Assembly: GCA_963711655.1 (NCBI GenBank)
Contig: CAVQEW010000003.1
Coordinates: forward strand, 89,202 to 153,201
Direction: 5' to 3'
Length of the DNA stretch: 64,000 nt
Origin: an uncultured Actinomycetota bacterium
GTDB taxonomy: Bacteria > Actinomycetota > UBA4738 > HRBIN12
Below are positions 18,748 through 29,591 of this stretch, piece by piece. The notes beneath the pieces are model-generated. The model saw nothing but the letters and a program-made list of their open reading frames with translations. It ran no database searches and was not told the DNA's origin. The position numbers and the translations under genes are program-made. Positions within the stretch are counted from its first letter, which is position 1. Each line of letters starts with the position of its first letter.

Positions 18748-20196
18748 TTGGATCTCGAACGGCTCAAAGCGCGGGCGGCGGAGATCGCCGAACGCGAAGG
18801 CGCTGACCTACTGACCAAGACCACGGCCTCCAAGGCGCTCTACGAGCGTGCCCTGAAGAGCCTCCCCAACGGGGTCGCCTCCAACTTCCAGGTCGGCGAC
18901 CCGTACCCGGTCTACCTCGAGAAGGGCAGGGGCTCGAGCGTCTGGGATGTGGACGGCACCGAGTACAAGGACTTCCACGGCGGCTTCGGGGTCAACATCG
19001 TCGGTCACGCCCATCCGAAGATCGTGGAGGCCCTCGAGAAGGCCGCGCGCGAGGCGATCCATTTCGCCGTGACCACGCCCACGACCGTCGCGCTCGCGGA
19101 GGCGATCTGCGAGCGCTTCGAGCTCGAGCAGGTCCGGATCGTCAACTCCGGGACCGAGGCCACGATGGATGCCCTCCGCGTGGCGCGCGCCGCCACCGGC
19201 CGGGACAAGGTCGTCAAGATGGAGGGGTCCTACCACGGCCACCACGACTCACTGCTGTTCTCGGTGGTGCCCGAGGCCGACGTGCTCGGCATCCGGCACG
19301 ACGTCGACCACGAGGGGAAGGCCTGGTACACGACCCAGCCGACGTCGAAAGGGATCCCGCGCGCCCTCTGGGACACGACGATCGTCGTGCCGTTCAACGA
19401 CGCCGGCGCCGTCGAGCAGGCGCTCGCGGACAACGAAGGCGAGGTCGCCGCGGTGATCCTGGAGCCCGTGATGATGAACGTCGGCATCATCGAGCCCCAG
19501 CCCGGGTACCTCCAGGCGCTCCGCGACGCGTGCGAGAAGCACGGCGCCGTCCTGATCTACGACGAGGTGAAGTGCGGGGGCACCATCGCGTACGGGGGCA
19601 CGATGGAGCGGTACGGCGTGAAGCCGCACCTGTCCGCGTTCGCCAAGGCGATCGGCGGGGGCTCCACGATCGGTGCGTTCGGAGGAGAGGCGCGGATCAT
19701 GGAATGGGTCTCCAAGGGCGCCGCCCAGCAGGGCACGTTCAACGGGAACCCGCTGTCGTCGGCCGCCGGTCTCACGGCGCTCACGCAGGTCCTGACCCGC
19801 GATGCGTACGACCACCTCGGCAAGCTCGGGTCGAAGCTCGCCGAGGGCTGCGACCGAGCGATCGCCGACGCGGACCTGCCGGCGCACACGGTGGACCTCG
19901 GGGCGAAGGGCTGCGTGTCCTACCGGGCGACCAAGCTCACCAACTACCGGGACTTCCTGGAGACGCACACCGAGCTCTACTGGGCGTCGTACCCCTGGAT
20001 GGTGAACCGGGGCATCTTCATGACCCCCGGCGACGAGGAGCAATGGACCGTTTCGGTGCAGCACACCGAGGACGACGTCCAGCGCTACGTCGACGCGTTC
20101 GGGGAGTTCTGCCGGGCGCTCACGGCTAGCGGAAGCTCCGGCGAGCCCCGGGGACCCGAAGGGGGTCGATTTGCGTCCCTACGCAACCCGGCGTAG
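18748..20196 (+). CDS. Class III (aspartate aminotransferase superfamily) aminotransferase. Glutamate-1-semialdehyde 2,1-aminomutase-like.
   Basis: VLIYDEVKCGGTIAYGG, FAKAIGGGSTIGAFGG (a HemL-like Lys-GGG region) and an N-terminus typical of the GSA-AM family. The true 3' end may be slightly before 20196. Confidence 0.65.
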   Translation: MDLERLKARAAEIAEREGADLLTKTTASKALYERALKSLPNGVASNFQVGDPYPVYLEKGRGSSVWDVDGTEYKDFHGGFGVNIVGHAHPKIVEALEKAAREAIHFAVTTPTTVALAEAICERFELEQVRIVNSGTEATMDALRVARAATGRDKVVKMEGSYHGHHDSLLFSVVPEADVLGIRHDVDHEGKAWYTTQPTSKGIPRALWDTTIVVPFNDAGAVEQALADNEGEVAAVILEPVMMNVGIIEPQPGYLQALRDACEKHGAVLIYDEVKCGGTIAYGGTMERYGVKPHLSAFAKAIGGGSTIGAFGGEARIMEWVSKGAAQQGTFNGNPLSSAAGLTALTQVLTRDAYDHLGKLGSKLAEGCDRAIADADLPAHTVDLGAKGCVSYRATKLTNYRDFLETHTELYWASYPWMVNRGIFMTPGDEEQWTVSVQHTEDDVQRYVDAFGEFCRALTASGSSGEPRGPEGGRFASLRNPA

Positions 20197-20237
20197 CGTG
20201 CAAGCGCTACAGCGACCCCGACCCGAAAGGGGCAGAT

Positions 20238-20708
20238 ATGCGCCGAGCCGTCGCTGCGCTCACCTGTACGGCCGCACTCCTGGTGTTCGTCGCTCCGTCC
20301 GCCTCGGCGGACCCGCCCTTCCAGGTGCGGATCTCCGATCCGTTCACCACCGTGCTCCCCGGCAGTGACTTCTGCGGCTTCGACGTCCAGGCCGATGTGG
20401 AGCAGAAGTTCAAGATCATCACGTTCTCCGGCGATCGGGGAACGCTCTGGACCGCGATGACCGTCGGCAAGATCAAGGTGGTCCTGACGAACCTCGAGAC
20501 CGGGGAGACGCTCGCCTTGAACATCCCCGGCCCGGGTTTCCTCGACGCCACTGGCAACACCCATCACGGGCACCGGTCCCTGGCTGATCTTCGTTCCCGG
20601 TCAGCTGCTGTTCCTGGTCGGGCACATCACCTTCGAGCCCGGCCCGTTCGGCGTGCAGCCGTCGGTGGTGCGCGGACGATCGCTCGATCTCTGCGAAGCA
20701 CTGGCCTG
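20238..20708 (+). CDS. Secreted hypothetical protein with a signal peptide. An apparent frameshift lies near 20570.
   Basis: MRRAVAALTCTAALLVFVAPSASADPP is a signal peptide. After ...ATGNT the ORF degenerates. The adjacent frame gives a clean tail, ITGTGPWLIFVPGQLLFLVGHITFEPGPFGVQPSVVRGRSLDLCEALA*. Confidence 0.4.
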
Positions 20709-20777
20709 AGTCGAGAGGTCCGGAAACAGGAGAGGCCCCGAGCCGATGGCTCGGGGCCTCTCGCGACCGATCCTGGA

Positions 20778-21672
20778 TCAGCCGATCGGGCCGCGCTCGC
20801 CGCGGAGCTCGCTCGCGATCGCCCGCAGGCGCTCGACGCGGGCCTCGGTCGGCGGGTGGGTCCGGAACAGGCTGGCGATCCCGCTCACGCCACGCGCCTG
20901 CAGCGCGTTCATCGGGTTCACGATGAACATGTGCGCCTCGGCCGGGCTGACGCTCGCCGGGGCGGGCACCTTCCGCGAGGCGTCTTCGAGCTTGAGCAGC
21001 GCGCTCGCCAGGGCGTCCGGGTCCCGCGAGAGGAACGCGCCGGATTCGTCGGCCTGATACTCGCGGGATCGCGTGACGGCCATCTGGATCAGCAGCGCCG
21101 CGATCGGCGCCAGGATCCACGCGAGCAGCATCACGAAGATGTTCCCGCCGCCCTCGTCGTCACTGCCGCCGAAGAAGAACGCGAACCGCGCGAGGAACGT
21201 GATGCTCATGCCGATCCCCGCGGCGATCGAGGAGATCAGGATGTCGCGGTTGGCGACGTGGGACAGCTCGTGGGCGAGGACGCCGCGGAGCTCGCGCTCG
21301 TCGAGGATCTGGAGGATGCCCTGCGTGACGGCCACGGCCGCGTGCTCGGGGTTCCGGCCGGTGGCGAACGCGTTCGGCTGCATCATGTCGGAAACGTAGA
21401 GCGTCGGCATCGGCATCTTCTGCTCGTTCGCGAGCTCACGAACGATGCGGTAGTAGTCCGGCATCTCCTGCTCGGTGACTGGCTTCGAACGCGTGGTCGC
21501 GATCGCGATCCTGTCCGAGAACCAGTACATCGAGAAGTTGAAGACCAAGCGCGATGACCAGAGCCACCGCGGCCCCGCCCGTGCCGCCGATCCACTGCCC
21601 GACCAGGACGAACAGACCGCCCAGCGCCGCGATCAGGATCCAGGTCTTCAGCCGGTTGATCCCCGGTGCCAT
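20778..21672 (-). CDS. htpX: HtpX-like M48 zinc protease, split across two frames near 21540
   Basis: The N-terminus MAPGINRLKTWILIAALGGLFVLVGQWIGG lies in ORF 21436-21672. The remainder, including HELSHV, lies in ORF 20778-21548. Confidence 0.75.
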
Positions 21673-21759
21673 CTCTCTTCACGCTCCTCATGTGGGGCGA
21701 GAACACCCCGTCGGAAACCATCGTCTCACAGCTCTTTCGTTCGGACGGCGGGCGCCGGT

Positions 21760-23220
21760 TCAGCCGACGAGCGTGGAGATGTCGGCGAGCCGCGAGAACG
21801 TGCCGGGCAGCAGGAAGAAGAAGAGCAGGGCCGCCATCGAGAGCCCGACGACGCCGACCACCAGCGCCGGCGTACGGAACGGGGTGGTGTCCTCGGCCGG
21901 CTGGAGGATCATCTGGCGGGCCACGGCCAGGTAGTAGAAGACGCTCACGACCGAGTTGACGACCATGATCGCGGCGAGCAGCGGGCCGAGCACCTCGCCA
22001 CGCGAGATCGCCGCGCCGAAGATCAAGATCTTGGCCCAGAAGCCGGCCGCCGGAGGGACCCCCGCCAGGGAGACCATGAACAGGGTCATCCCCACGGCCA
22101 GGAACGGCGCGACCTTGGCGACCCCGGCGAAGTCGGAGATCAGGAGTCTCGGGCTGCGCTTGCTGAGCGCGACCGCCACCGCGAACGCGCCCAGGTTCAT
22201 GATGCCGTAGATCAGGATGTAGGCGGTCGCGGAGGCGAACGCCTGCTGGTTCACCGCCTGGTCGTTCGTGACCAGGGCGAACGGCAGCAGCATGTACCCG
22301 GCCTGGGCGATCCCCGAATACGCGAGCAGCCGGACGAACTGCCGCTGCTGCAGCGCCACGAGGTTCCCGATCGTCATCGTGGCGACCGCGAGGAACGCGA
22401 AGATCGGCACCCAGAACTCGTGCTGCCCGATGAACGCCACGAACATCAGTTGCAGCAGCCCCGCGAAGCCCGCGGCCTTCGACGCCACCGCCAGGAACGC
22501 CGCGACCGGGACGGGGGCGCCCTCGTAGGTGTCGGGCGCCCAGAACTGGAACGGGAACGCGGAGACCTTGAACGCGAAGCCCACGACGACGAACAGGATC
22601 GAGGCGAGCGCCATCGCCTCCTGCGAGGGATCCAGCTGGCCGAGCGCCGTGGCGACCTCGTCGAGCCTGGTCTTCCCACCGGTCAGGCCGTAGATCAGGC
22701 TCATGCCGAACAGCATCACGGCGGTCGACAGCACGCCGATCAGGAAGAACTTCAGTCCGCCCTCGACGCCCGTCACGGTCCACTTCCGGAACGCCGCCAT
22801 CAGGAAACCGGGCGCCGAGACGAGCTCCAGGGAGATGAACAGCATCAGCAGGTCACGCGACGAGGGCATCAGGAGGCAGCCCAGGAACGACGTGAGCAAC
22901 AGGAAGTAGTACTCGCCCTGGTAGTACCGCGGTTGGTCGAAGTACTGGCGGGAGACCGCGAGGACGATGACCGCGGCGACCAGGAAGAACACCTTGAAGA
23001 GGACGGCGAAGTTGTCGACGACGAACGAACCGCCGAAGGTGGCGCGCTCGTCGCCGAGGAGCGTCAGGACGGCCACGAGCGATCCCAGGACACCCACGAG
23101 CCCGATCGGCATCGAGCCCCACTTGAGCCGGGCCGGCAGGAACAGGTCGACGACCAGGACGATCATGATCGTGCCCGCCAGGATCAGCTCGGGCAGGATC
23201 GCGTGGTAGTCGACGGTCAC
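21760..23220 (-). CDS. nuoN: NADH-quinone oxidoreductase subunit N (partial cluster 1)
   Basis: 486 aa. The text reads as typical NuoN/ND2, with several TM segments. Confidence 0.85.
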   Translation of the reverse strand: MTVDYHAILPELILAGTIMIVLVVDLFLPARLKWGSMPIGLVGVLGSLVAVLTLLGDERATFGGSFVVDNFAVLFKVFFLVAAVIVLAVSRQYFDQPRYYQGEYYFLLLTSFLGCLLMPSSRDLLMLFISLELVSAPGFLMAAFRKWTVTGVEGGLKFFLIGVLSTAVMLFGMSLIYGLTGGKTRLDEVATALGQLDPSQEAMALASILFVVVGFAFKVSAFPFQFWAPDTYEGAPVPVAAFLAVASKAAGFAGLLQLMFVAFIGQHEFWVPIFAFLAVATMTIGNLVALQQRQFVRLLAYSGIAQAGYMLLPFALVTNDQAVNQQAFASATAYILIYGIMNLGAFAVAVALSKRSPRLLISDFAGVAKVAPFLAVGMTLFMVSLAGVPPAAGFWAKILIFGAAISRGEVLGPLLAAIMVVNSVVSVFYYLAVARQMILQPAEDTTPFRTPALVVGVVGLSMAALLFFFLLPGTFSRLADISTLVG

Positions 23221-23227
23221 GGGTCGG

Positions 23228-24769
23228 TCAGCCCCCCGCCCCGAGCATGGCCATGATGCCGCTCACGGCCTCCTGGCTCACGCCGAAGATGAACCGCGGG
23301 AACACCCCGAGCGCGAGGATCAGGACCAGCAACGGCGTCCACGACATCCATTCGACGCTGTTGATGTCGCCGAAGGTGTGCTCGCCCCACCGCTCCGGCA
23401 TGGCGCCCATGTTCACCCGTTGCAGCATCCACAGGAAATAGCCGGCCGTGAGGATCGTCCCGACGCCACCTGCCACCATCAGCACGCGGAACAACCCCAC
23501 CTGATCTCCGAGGAGGGCTTCGTTCGGCCGGAACGCCGAGAGCAGGGCCATCACCTCACCCCAGAACCCCGCGAGGCCCGGCAGCCCGAGCGACGCGATC
23601 GCGACGAACGCGAAGACGCCGGCGAGCTTGGGCATCCGCTGCGACATCCCGCCGCCGATCTCCGCGATCTGCCTCGTGTGGTAGCGGTCGTAGATCGACC
23701 CGACGCAGAAGAACAGCATCCCGGTGATCACCCCGTGGGCGACCATGCCGAAGAGCGCCGCCTGGATCCCGATCTCCGTGAGCGTGGCGATGCCGAGCAT
23801 CACGAAGCCCATGTGCCCGACGGAGGAGAACGCGATCAGCCGTTTCAGGTCCCGCTGGGCCAGACACGCGAGCGCCGCGTAGACGATCGCGATCGCGGCG
23901 AGGAGCCCGATCCAAGGCGCGTACGCCTGCGCTCCTTCGGGCAGCACCGGCAGGGCGATCCGGATGAACCCGTACGTCCCCATCTTCAGCATGATCCCGG
24001 CCAGCAAGACGGAGCCGATCGTCGGCGCCTCCGTATGGGCATCCGGCAGCCACGTGTGGAACGGCCACATCGGCACCTTGATCGCGAACCCGAGGGCGAT
24101 CGCCCCGAACACGATCAGCTGGAAGCCGTGCGTGAAGCCGCCGCTCGCGCCGAACTCCGTCAGCTTGACGAGGTCGAACGTGTGCGGCTCCGGGCCGCTG
24201 AAGTAGAGGCCGAGGAACCCGAGCAGCATGAACACGGACCCGAAGAGCGTGTACAGGAAGAACTTGATCGCGGCGTACTCCCGGTTCGCCGAGCCCCAGA
24301 TCCCGATCAGGAAGTACATCGGGACCAGCACCATCTCCCAGAACACGAAGAACAGGATCAGGTCGAACGCGATGAACGTGCCGGCCATCCCGGTCTCGAG
24401 CAGCAGCATCAACGCGAGGAACGCCTTCGTGCGGCCCGGCTCCGGCACGAACCGCCACGTGTAGACGGCGCACAGGAACGACAGGAGGAACGTGAGCACG
24501 TAGAGCGGCATCGAGATGCCGTCGATACCCACGTGGAACCGCGCGCCGATCGCCGAGATCCAGTTGACGTCGAGCACGTACTGGAGCCCGTCCGTGCCGT
24601 AGTCGAACCCGATCGCGATCGCGATCGCCAGCACCAACGCCGCGCCGGTGAACAGGATGCCGAGCCCCCGAACCATCCGTTCGCGGTCCTTGGGCACGAG
24701 GATGATCACCAGCGCCCCGACGATCGGCAGCAAGGTGGTGATCGTGATCGCCGAGCTCTCCCAGGTCAT
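23228..24769 (-). CDS. nuoM: NADH-quinone oxidoreductase subunit M (cluster 1)
   Basis: 513 aa, NuoM/ND4-like (…WLPDAHTEAPT…). Confidence 0.85.
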   Translation of the reverse strand: MTWESSAITITTLLPIVGALVIILVPKDRERMVRGLGILFTGAALVLAIAIAIGFDYGTDGLQYVLDVNWISAIGARFHVGIDGISMPLYVLTFLLSFLCAVYTWRFVPEPGRTKAFLALMLLLETGMAGTFIAFDLILFFVFWEMVLVPMYFLIGIWGSANREYAAIKFFLYTLFGSVFMLLGFLGLYFSGPEPHTFDLVKLTEFGASGGFTHGFQLIVFGAIALGFAIKVPMWPFHTWLPDAHTEAPTIGSVLLAGIMLKMGTYGFIRIALPVLPEGAQAYAPWIGLLAAIAIVYAALACLAQRDLKRLIAFSSVGHMGFVMLGIATLTEIGIQAALFGMVAHGVITGMLFFCVGSIYDRYHTRQIAEIGGGMSQRMPKLAGVFAFVAIASLGLPGLAGFWGEVMALLSAFRPNEALLGDQVGLFRVLMVAGGVGTILTAGYFLWMLQRVNMGAMPERWGEHTFGDINSVEWMSWTPLLVLILALGVFPRFIFGVSQEAVSGIMAMLGAGG

Positions 24770-24778
24770 CTCACACTC

Positions 24779-26695
24779 CTACGCGATCTGCACGAACACG
24801 ATGGTCAGGGCCACGACGCCGGCGAACAGTACGACGGCGTACCACTGGACGTTCCCGGTCTGCAGGTACTTCAGGAGGCCACCGGTCGCCCCCGTCAAGC
24901 CGCCGACGGCGTTCACGAGCCCGTCGACGAACGTTCGGTCGAACCAGCTGACGAGCGAGGCCACCCCTCGTGTGACCCAGGCGGCGCCGTTCACCGCTCC
25001 GTCGAGGAGGTACTGGTTGGTCCAGTTGACGCCGGCCGACACCCGGTCGCGGATCGGATAGACGATCCCTCGCATGTAGACGTCGTCGATGTAGTACCGA
25101 TGCTGGAGGACGTTCCACGCGCGCGGGAACGCCATCAGCGGGTCACGCTCGCGACGCTCCCGGTACAACCGGTAGCCACCGAGGATCCCGGCGGCGGCGG
25201 CGAGGGTCCCGACGATCGCCACCCAGAAGACGAAGTCCGCGTCGTGCGGGTGCTCGAAGTACACCCAGTCCCCGAACACCGCCCCGAGCTGCGGCGCGCC
25301 GAGGAACCCCACCACGATCGAGGCGCCCGCGAGGCCCACCAGGGGGCCGGTCATCACCGGCGGCGACTCATGCGGGTGGGCGACGCCTCGATACGTGCCG
25401 AAGAACGTGAGCAGGACGCAGCGGGTCATGTAGAACGCCGTCATCACCGCGACGGCGAGGAGCACGAAGAAGAGCCACTGGTTGTGCTCCCAGGCGCCGA
25501 CCAGCAGCTCGTCCTTCGACCAGAAGCCGGCGAGCGGGAAGACGCCGGCGAGCGCGGCCGAGCCGATCAGGAACGTCCAGAACGTGACGGGCATCTCCTT
25601 CTTCAGTCCGCCCATGTCGCTCATGTTGTTCGAATGGACCGCGTGGATCACCGACCCGGCGCCGAGGAACAGCAACGCCTTGAAGAAGGCGTGCGTGAAC
25701 AGGTGGAAGAACCCGGCGGTGACCCCCTCCGGTCCGAGGGACAGCCCCGCCACCATGTAGGCGAGCTGCGAGAGCGTCGAATACGCGAGGACCCGTTTGA
25801 TGTCGTCCTGCACGAGGGCGAGGAACGCGGCACCGAGCGTGGTGATCGCCGCGATCACGCTCACGATCGTGAGGACGAACGGGTCGGCGTGCACGAACAC
25901 CTCGAACATCCGGCCGACGAGGTAGACGCCCGCGGCCACCATCGTCGCGGCGTGGATCAGCGCCGAGACGGGCGTCGGTCCGGCCATCGCGTCGGGCAGC
26001 CAGACGTGCAGCGGGAACTGGGCGGACTTGCCGATCGCGCCCCCGAACAGCAGGAGGGCCGCGGCGGTGACCAGCGCGGAGGAGGTCCCGGGCTCGGCGA
26101 TCGTCTCCCCGATGTGGGCGATGTTCGTCGTCGTGAACCCGGTGGCGAAGATCAAGGCGAAGATGCCGAACATGAACGGCACGTCGCCGATCCGGGTGGT
26201 GAGGAACGCCTTGATCGCGGCGCTGGAGTTCTCGTGCTCCTCGTACCAGTGCCCGATCAGCAGGTAGGAGCAGACACCCATGATCTCCCAGCCGACCAGC
26301 AGCATCAGCAGGTTGTTCGCGATCACGACCGTGAGCATCGCGCCGGTGAACAGGGACAGGACGACGTAGAACCACGTGTACCGCACGTCCCCGTGCATGT
26401 AGCCGAGCGAGTACACGTGCACGGCGAGCGACACGGCGGTGACGACGACGAGCATCACCGCGGTGAGGCCGTCGACGAACTGCCCCACCTCGAGGTGCAG
26501 CGGGCCGATCGTGAACCACTCGACGCCCGGCGGCGCGTACGTTCCTCCCCCGGTGACGAAGTGCCAGAGCACGGCGAGCGCCATCACGAAGCCGGCGGCG
26601 AGAGCGGTGATCCCGTAGACCGCGCCCTGACCCGGCGTCCGCTTGCCGAAGAACAGGGTCAGCGCGGCCGCGAGGAATGGCAGGAGCGCGATCAC
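24779..26695 (-). CDS. nuoL: NADH-quinone oxidoreductase subunit L (cluster 1)
   Basis: 638 aa, NuoL/ND5-like (…GKSAQFPLHVWLPDAMAGPTPVSALIHAATMV…). Confidence 0.85.
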   Translation of the reverse strand: MIALLPFLAAALTLFFGKRTPGQGAVYGITALAAGFVMALAVLWHFVTGGGTYAPPGVEWFTIGPLHLEVGQFVDGLTAVMLVVVTAVSLAVHVYSLGYMHGDVRYTWFYVVLSLFTGAMLTVVIANNLLMLLVGWEIMGVCSYLLIGHWYEEHENSSAAIKAFLTTRIGDVPFMFGIFALIFATGFTTTNIAHIGETIAEPGTSSALVTAAALLLFGGAIGKSAQFPLHVWLPDAMAGPTPVSALIHAATMVAAGVYLVGRMFEVFVHADPFVLTIVSVIAAITTLGAAFLALVQDDIKRVLAYSTLSQLAYMVAGLSLGPEGVTAGFFHLFTHAFFKALLFLGAGSVIHAVHSNNMSDMGGLKKEMPVTFWTFLIGSAALAGVFPLAGFWSKDELLVGAWEHNQWLFFVLLAVAVMTAFYMTRCVLLTFFGTYRGVAHPHESPPVMTGPLVGLAGASIVVGFLGAPQLGAVFGDWVYFEHPHDADFVFWVAIVGTLAAAAGILGGYRLYRERRERDPLMAFPRAWNVLQHRYYIDDVYMRGIVYPIRDRVSAGVNWTNQYLLDGAVNGAAWVTRGVASLVSWFDRTFVDGLVNAVGGLTGATGGLLKYLQTGNVQWYAVVLFAGVVALTIVFVQIA

Positions 26696-26759
26696 CCAGG
26701 CGTACTGGATCGCGCCATCGTGGCGCCGGTGCCAGAGGCGGCGGTGATCATCCCAGGCG

Positions 26760-27062
26760 CTACCACTTGAGGAGGTTCACCTCGTCCACGTTGATCGAGG
26801 CCCGGTTCCGGAACAGCAGGATCACGATGGCCAGCCCGATCCCCACCTCGGCCGCGGCCACCGCGATCACGAAGAGCGCGAAGATCTGGCCCCCCACGTC
26901 GTGCAGCGCCGAGGAGAACCCGACCAGGTTGACGTTCACGGCGTTCAGCATCAGCTCGATCGCCATCAGCACCATGACGGCGTTGCGGCGGGCGAGGACG
27001 CCGTAGACGCCGGCCGAGAACAGCAGCGCCGAGAACAGCAGCACGAACGGCAGCCGGATCAC
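26760..27062 (-). CDS. nuoK: NADH-quinone oxidoreductase subunit K (cluster 1)
   Basis: 100 aa, NuoK/ND4L-like. Confidence 0.85.
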   Translation of the reverse strand: MIRLPFVLLFSALLFSAGVYGVLARRNAVMVLMAIELMLNAVNVNLVGFSSALHDVGGQIFALFVIAVAAAEVGIGLAIVILLFRNRASINVDEVNLLKW

Positions 27063-27063
27063 G

Positions 27064-27564
27064 TCAGTTCCCCTCGTCCTTGCGCGCGAGCACGATCGCC
27101 CCGATCAGCGCCGCGAGCAACAGGAAGGAGATGGCCTCGAACGGGAGCACGAAGTCGCGGAACATCGACTCCCCCACCGCGCTCGGTCGTCGAGCGGAAG
27201 ACCTCGAACTGCGGGGAATCGAGCGGGAACGCCCCCTGGATCAGGAACACGAGTCCCGCGAACACGCCGGCGGCGACCAGCAGCCCGACCCACCGATGCG
27301 CGTTGTCCAGCGTGTCCCGGCCGATCGGCGCCTTCGTGAGCATCAGACCGAACAGGAACAGGATCACGATCGCGCCGACGTAGATCAGGATCTGCACCCA
27401 GCCGGCGAACTCGGCGCCCAGCAACAGGAACGTGGCGCCGACCGACAGGAGGGCGACCACGAGGTAGAGGGCGGCGTGCACGACGTTGCGGGCCGTCACG
27501 ACGGCGATCGCGCTGATCGACCCGACCGCCGCGATCACCGCGAAGGCGTACTCCTGGGCCGTCA
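27064..27564 (-). CDS. nuoJ: NADH-quinone oxidoreductase subunit J (cluster 1). The last ~30 aa lie in a different frame, giving an apparent frameshift near 27160.
   Basis: A GTG start overlaps the nuoI stop (GTGA). The N-terminus reads [16 protein letters not shown]... The conserved C-terminus LPFEAISFLLLAALIGAIVLARKDEGN* is readable only in the adjacent frame. Confidence 0.75.
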
Positions 27565-28065
27565 CGACGCCTGCTCCTCCGTCGGCACCGCGCCGTCCTC
27601 GAGCGCCGGCGGTGGCAGGACCGTGTAGGTCCACTCCTCGAGCCGCTCCTTCTCGTGGGTCATCAGGTCGATGTCGTACTCGCCGTACTCGAACTCCGGG
27701 CTCCAGAACAGGGCGTCGAAGGGGCAGACCTCCACGCAGATCCCGCAGTACATGCAGAGCGCGTAGTCGATCGCGAACCGGTCGAGGACCTTCTGCGACC
27801 TGGCGCGGCCACCGCCGGCCGGATCGTGCGTCTCCTTGTGGGCATCGATGTAGATGCACCAGTCGGGGCACTCGCGGGAGCACTTGTAGCAGACGGTGCA
27901 GTTCGCTTCCTTGAGCGCGATCACGCCACGGGTGCGCGGAGGCAGATCGGGCTTGACGCGAGGGTACTGCTGCGTCACGGCGGGCTGGAGCATCGTCTTG
28001 AGCGTGACGGAGAGGCCCTTCGCGAGCCCGAGCCCGGTGCCTCGCTTCCGCGTCTGCTCGGCCAT
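27562..28065 (-). CDS. nuoI: NADH-quinone oxidoreductase subunit I, a 2x[4Fe-4S] ferredoxin (cluster 1)
   Basis: [12 protein letters not shown] and [12 protein letters not shown]. Confidence 0.85.
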   Translation of the reverse strand: MAEQTRKRGTGLGLAKGLSVTLKTMLQPAVTQQYPRVKPDLPPRTRGVIALKEANCTVCYKCSRECPDWCIYIDAHKETHDPAGGGRARSQKVLDRFAIDYALCMYCGICVEVCPFDALFWSPEFEYGEYDIDLMTHEKERLEEWTYTVLPPPALEDGAVPTEEQAS

Positions 28066-29073
28066 CTAGAACGCCACCTTCGCCACGGCCACGCCCATGA
28101 TCAGGGCCAACGACAGCGGGATCAACGTCAGCCAGGAGAACCGCTGGAGCTGGTCCTCGCGCAGCCGCGGGTACGTGGCCCGGAGCCAGATGAAGAAGAA
28201 GGCGAGCGCCCCGATCTTGCCCATCATCATCAAAGGGCCCGGGATCGGGATGCCCGGGAGCGGCTGGTAGCCGCCGAGGTACAGCACGGATGCGATCCCC
28301 GAGAACGCCACGATCCCTCCGTACTCGGCGAGCAGGAAGAACGCGAACTTCAACCCCGTGTACTCGGTGTAGGCCCCGAAGATGATCTCGGAGTCGGCGA
28401 TCGGCATGTCGAACGGCGGCCGCTGGAGCTCGGCGAACGCGGCCATCATGAAGATCAGGAACCCCGGGAGCTGCGGGATGATGAACCACAGGCTGTGCTG
28501 GGCCTCGACGATCCCGATCATCGAGAGCGTCCCCGCCTGCATCACGACGGCGGCCGCGGCGATCACGAGCGGCAGCTCGTAGGCGATCAGCTGGGCGGCC
28601 GCACGGAGCGCCCCGATCAGCGAGAACTTGTTCGCGGAGGACCAGCCGGCCATCATCACGCCGATCACCGAGACGCTCGACATCGCCAACACGAAGAAGA
28701 TGCCGACGTCGAGGTTCTCCGCGAACCACGAGTCGCTGATCGGCAGGACGACGAGGATCGCGATGTACGGGATCATCGCGACGGCCGGCGCCAGCGAGAA
28801 CACGTGGCGATCCGCCGCCGCGGGGATCACGTCCTCCTTCTGGATGAACTTCACGCCGTCGGCGACGAGCTGCGCCCACCCGTGGAAGGCGCCCGCCTCC
28901 ATCGGGCCGAGCCGGGCCTGCATGTGGGCGAGCCCCTTGTGCTCGACGTAGCCGACACCGAGCGGCACGACGAGGAAGAACCCCATCACGGCGATCGTCT
29001 TGAGCAACAGGACGACCCAGAAGTTCTCGAACAGCGACGAGAACACCGAGACGCCGGTCTCGGCCAGGATCAC
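28066..29073 (-). CDS. nuoH: NADH-quinone oxidoreductase subunit H (cluster 1)
   Basis: 335 aa, NuoH/ND1-like. Confidence 0.85.
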   Translation of the reverse strand: MILAETGVSVFSSLFENFWVVLLLKTIAVMGFFLVVPLGVGYVEHKGLAHMQARLGPMEAGAFHGWAQLVADGVKFIQKEDVIPAAADRHVFSLAPAVAMIPYIAILVVLPISDSWFAENLDVGIFFVLAMSSVSVIGVMMAGWSSANKFSLIGALRAAAQLIAYELPLVIAAAAVVMQAGTLSMIGIVEAQHSLWFIIPQLPGFLIFMMAAFAELQRPPFDMPIADSEIIFGAYTEYTGLKFAFFLLAEYGGIVAFSGIASVLYLGGYQPLPGIPIPGPLMMMGKIGALAFFFIWLRATYPRLREDQLQRFSWLTLIPLSLALIMGVAVAKVAF

Positions 29074-29591
29074 TCCTCGTCCTCCACGTCCTCACCCTCC
29101 ACGAGCCCGGGCCACGGCTTGACCTCGCGCGTCATGAGCGGGAAGTCCTTGCGGAGGGGCTGCCCCTCGAACGGCTCGGAGAGCAGCAGCTTGACCGGCT
29201 TCGGGTGTCCCTCGAACCGGATCCCGAACATCTCCATCGTCTCGCGCTCGTGCCAGTCCGAGGTCGGGAACAGGTCCGAGACCGTCGGGCAGATCGGGTC
29301 CTCGTGGGGCAGCTTCACCTTGACGCGCACGTTGTGATGGTGCGCGAGCGAGAAGAGGTGCGTGACGACCTCGAACCCCTGCTCCGGACCGAAGTCGACG
29401 CCCCCGGTGAAGTCGCAGTAGTCGCAGGCGAACTCGGGCTCGTCCCGGAGGAAGCGGCACACGTCGCGGTAGCGGTCGGTGCTCACCGTGGCGACGGCGT
29501 GGCCGTGCTGCACCTCGAAGGCGAGGATGTCTTGACCGAACCGCGCACGCAGGCGCGACTCCACGTCCTCAGGAGACAGCGCTGTGGCCAC
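29070..29591 (-). CDS. nuoC: NADH-quinone oxidoreductase subunit C (30-kDa subunit family) (cluster 1)
   Basis: 173 aa (…[22 protein letters not shown]…). It is followed directly by nuoH, so there is no nuoD. Confidence 0.8.
   Translation of the reverse strand: MATALSPEDVESRLRARFGQDILAFEVQHGHAVATVSTDRYRDVCRFLRDEPEFACDYCDFTGGVDFGPEQGFEVVTHLFSLAHHHNVRVKVKLPHEDPICPTVSDLFPTSDWHERETMEMFGIRFEGHPKPVKLLLSEPFEGQPLRKDFPLMTREVKPWPGLVEGEDVEDEE

Noticed and set aside
21475-23256. 593-aa plus-strand ORF, plus similar long plus-strand ORFs at 27655-29337, 31257-33056, 55578-56666 and 58470-59906
   Set aside because: All are antisense to well-supported nuo, cox or ccs genes and consist of charged low-complexity text. 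They are GC-skew shadow ORFs.
23378-26770. 1130-aa ORF on the plus strand
   Set aside because: It lies entirely antisense to nuoM and nuoL (cluster 1). The translation is Arg/Asp/Glu/His-rich low-complexity text typical of shadow ORFs in 70% GC DNA.
29070-29591. Possibility that the 'missing' nuoD of cluster 1 is fused to nuoC
   Set aside because: The nuoC ORF is 173 aa, ending …EGEDVEDEE*. The nuoH start follows within 3 bp (ATGA overlap). There is no room for a ~400-aa NuoD domain in any frame.
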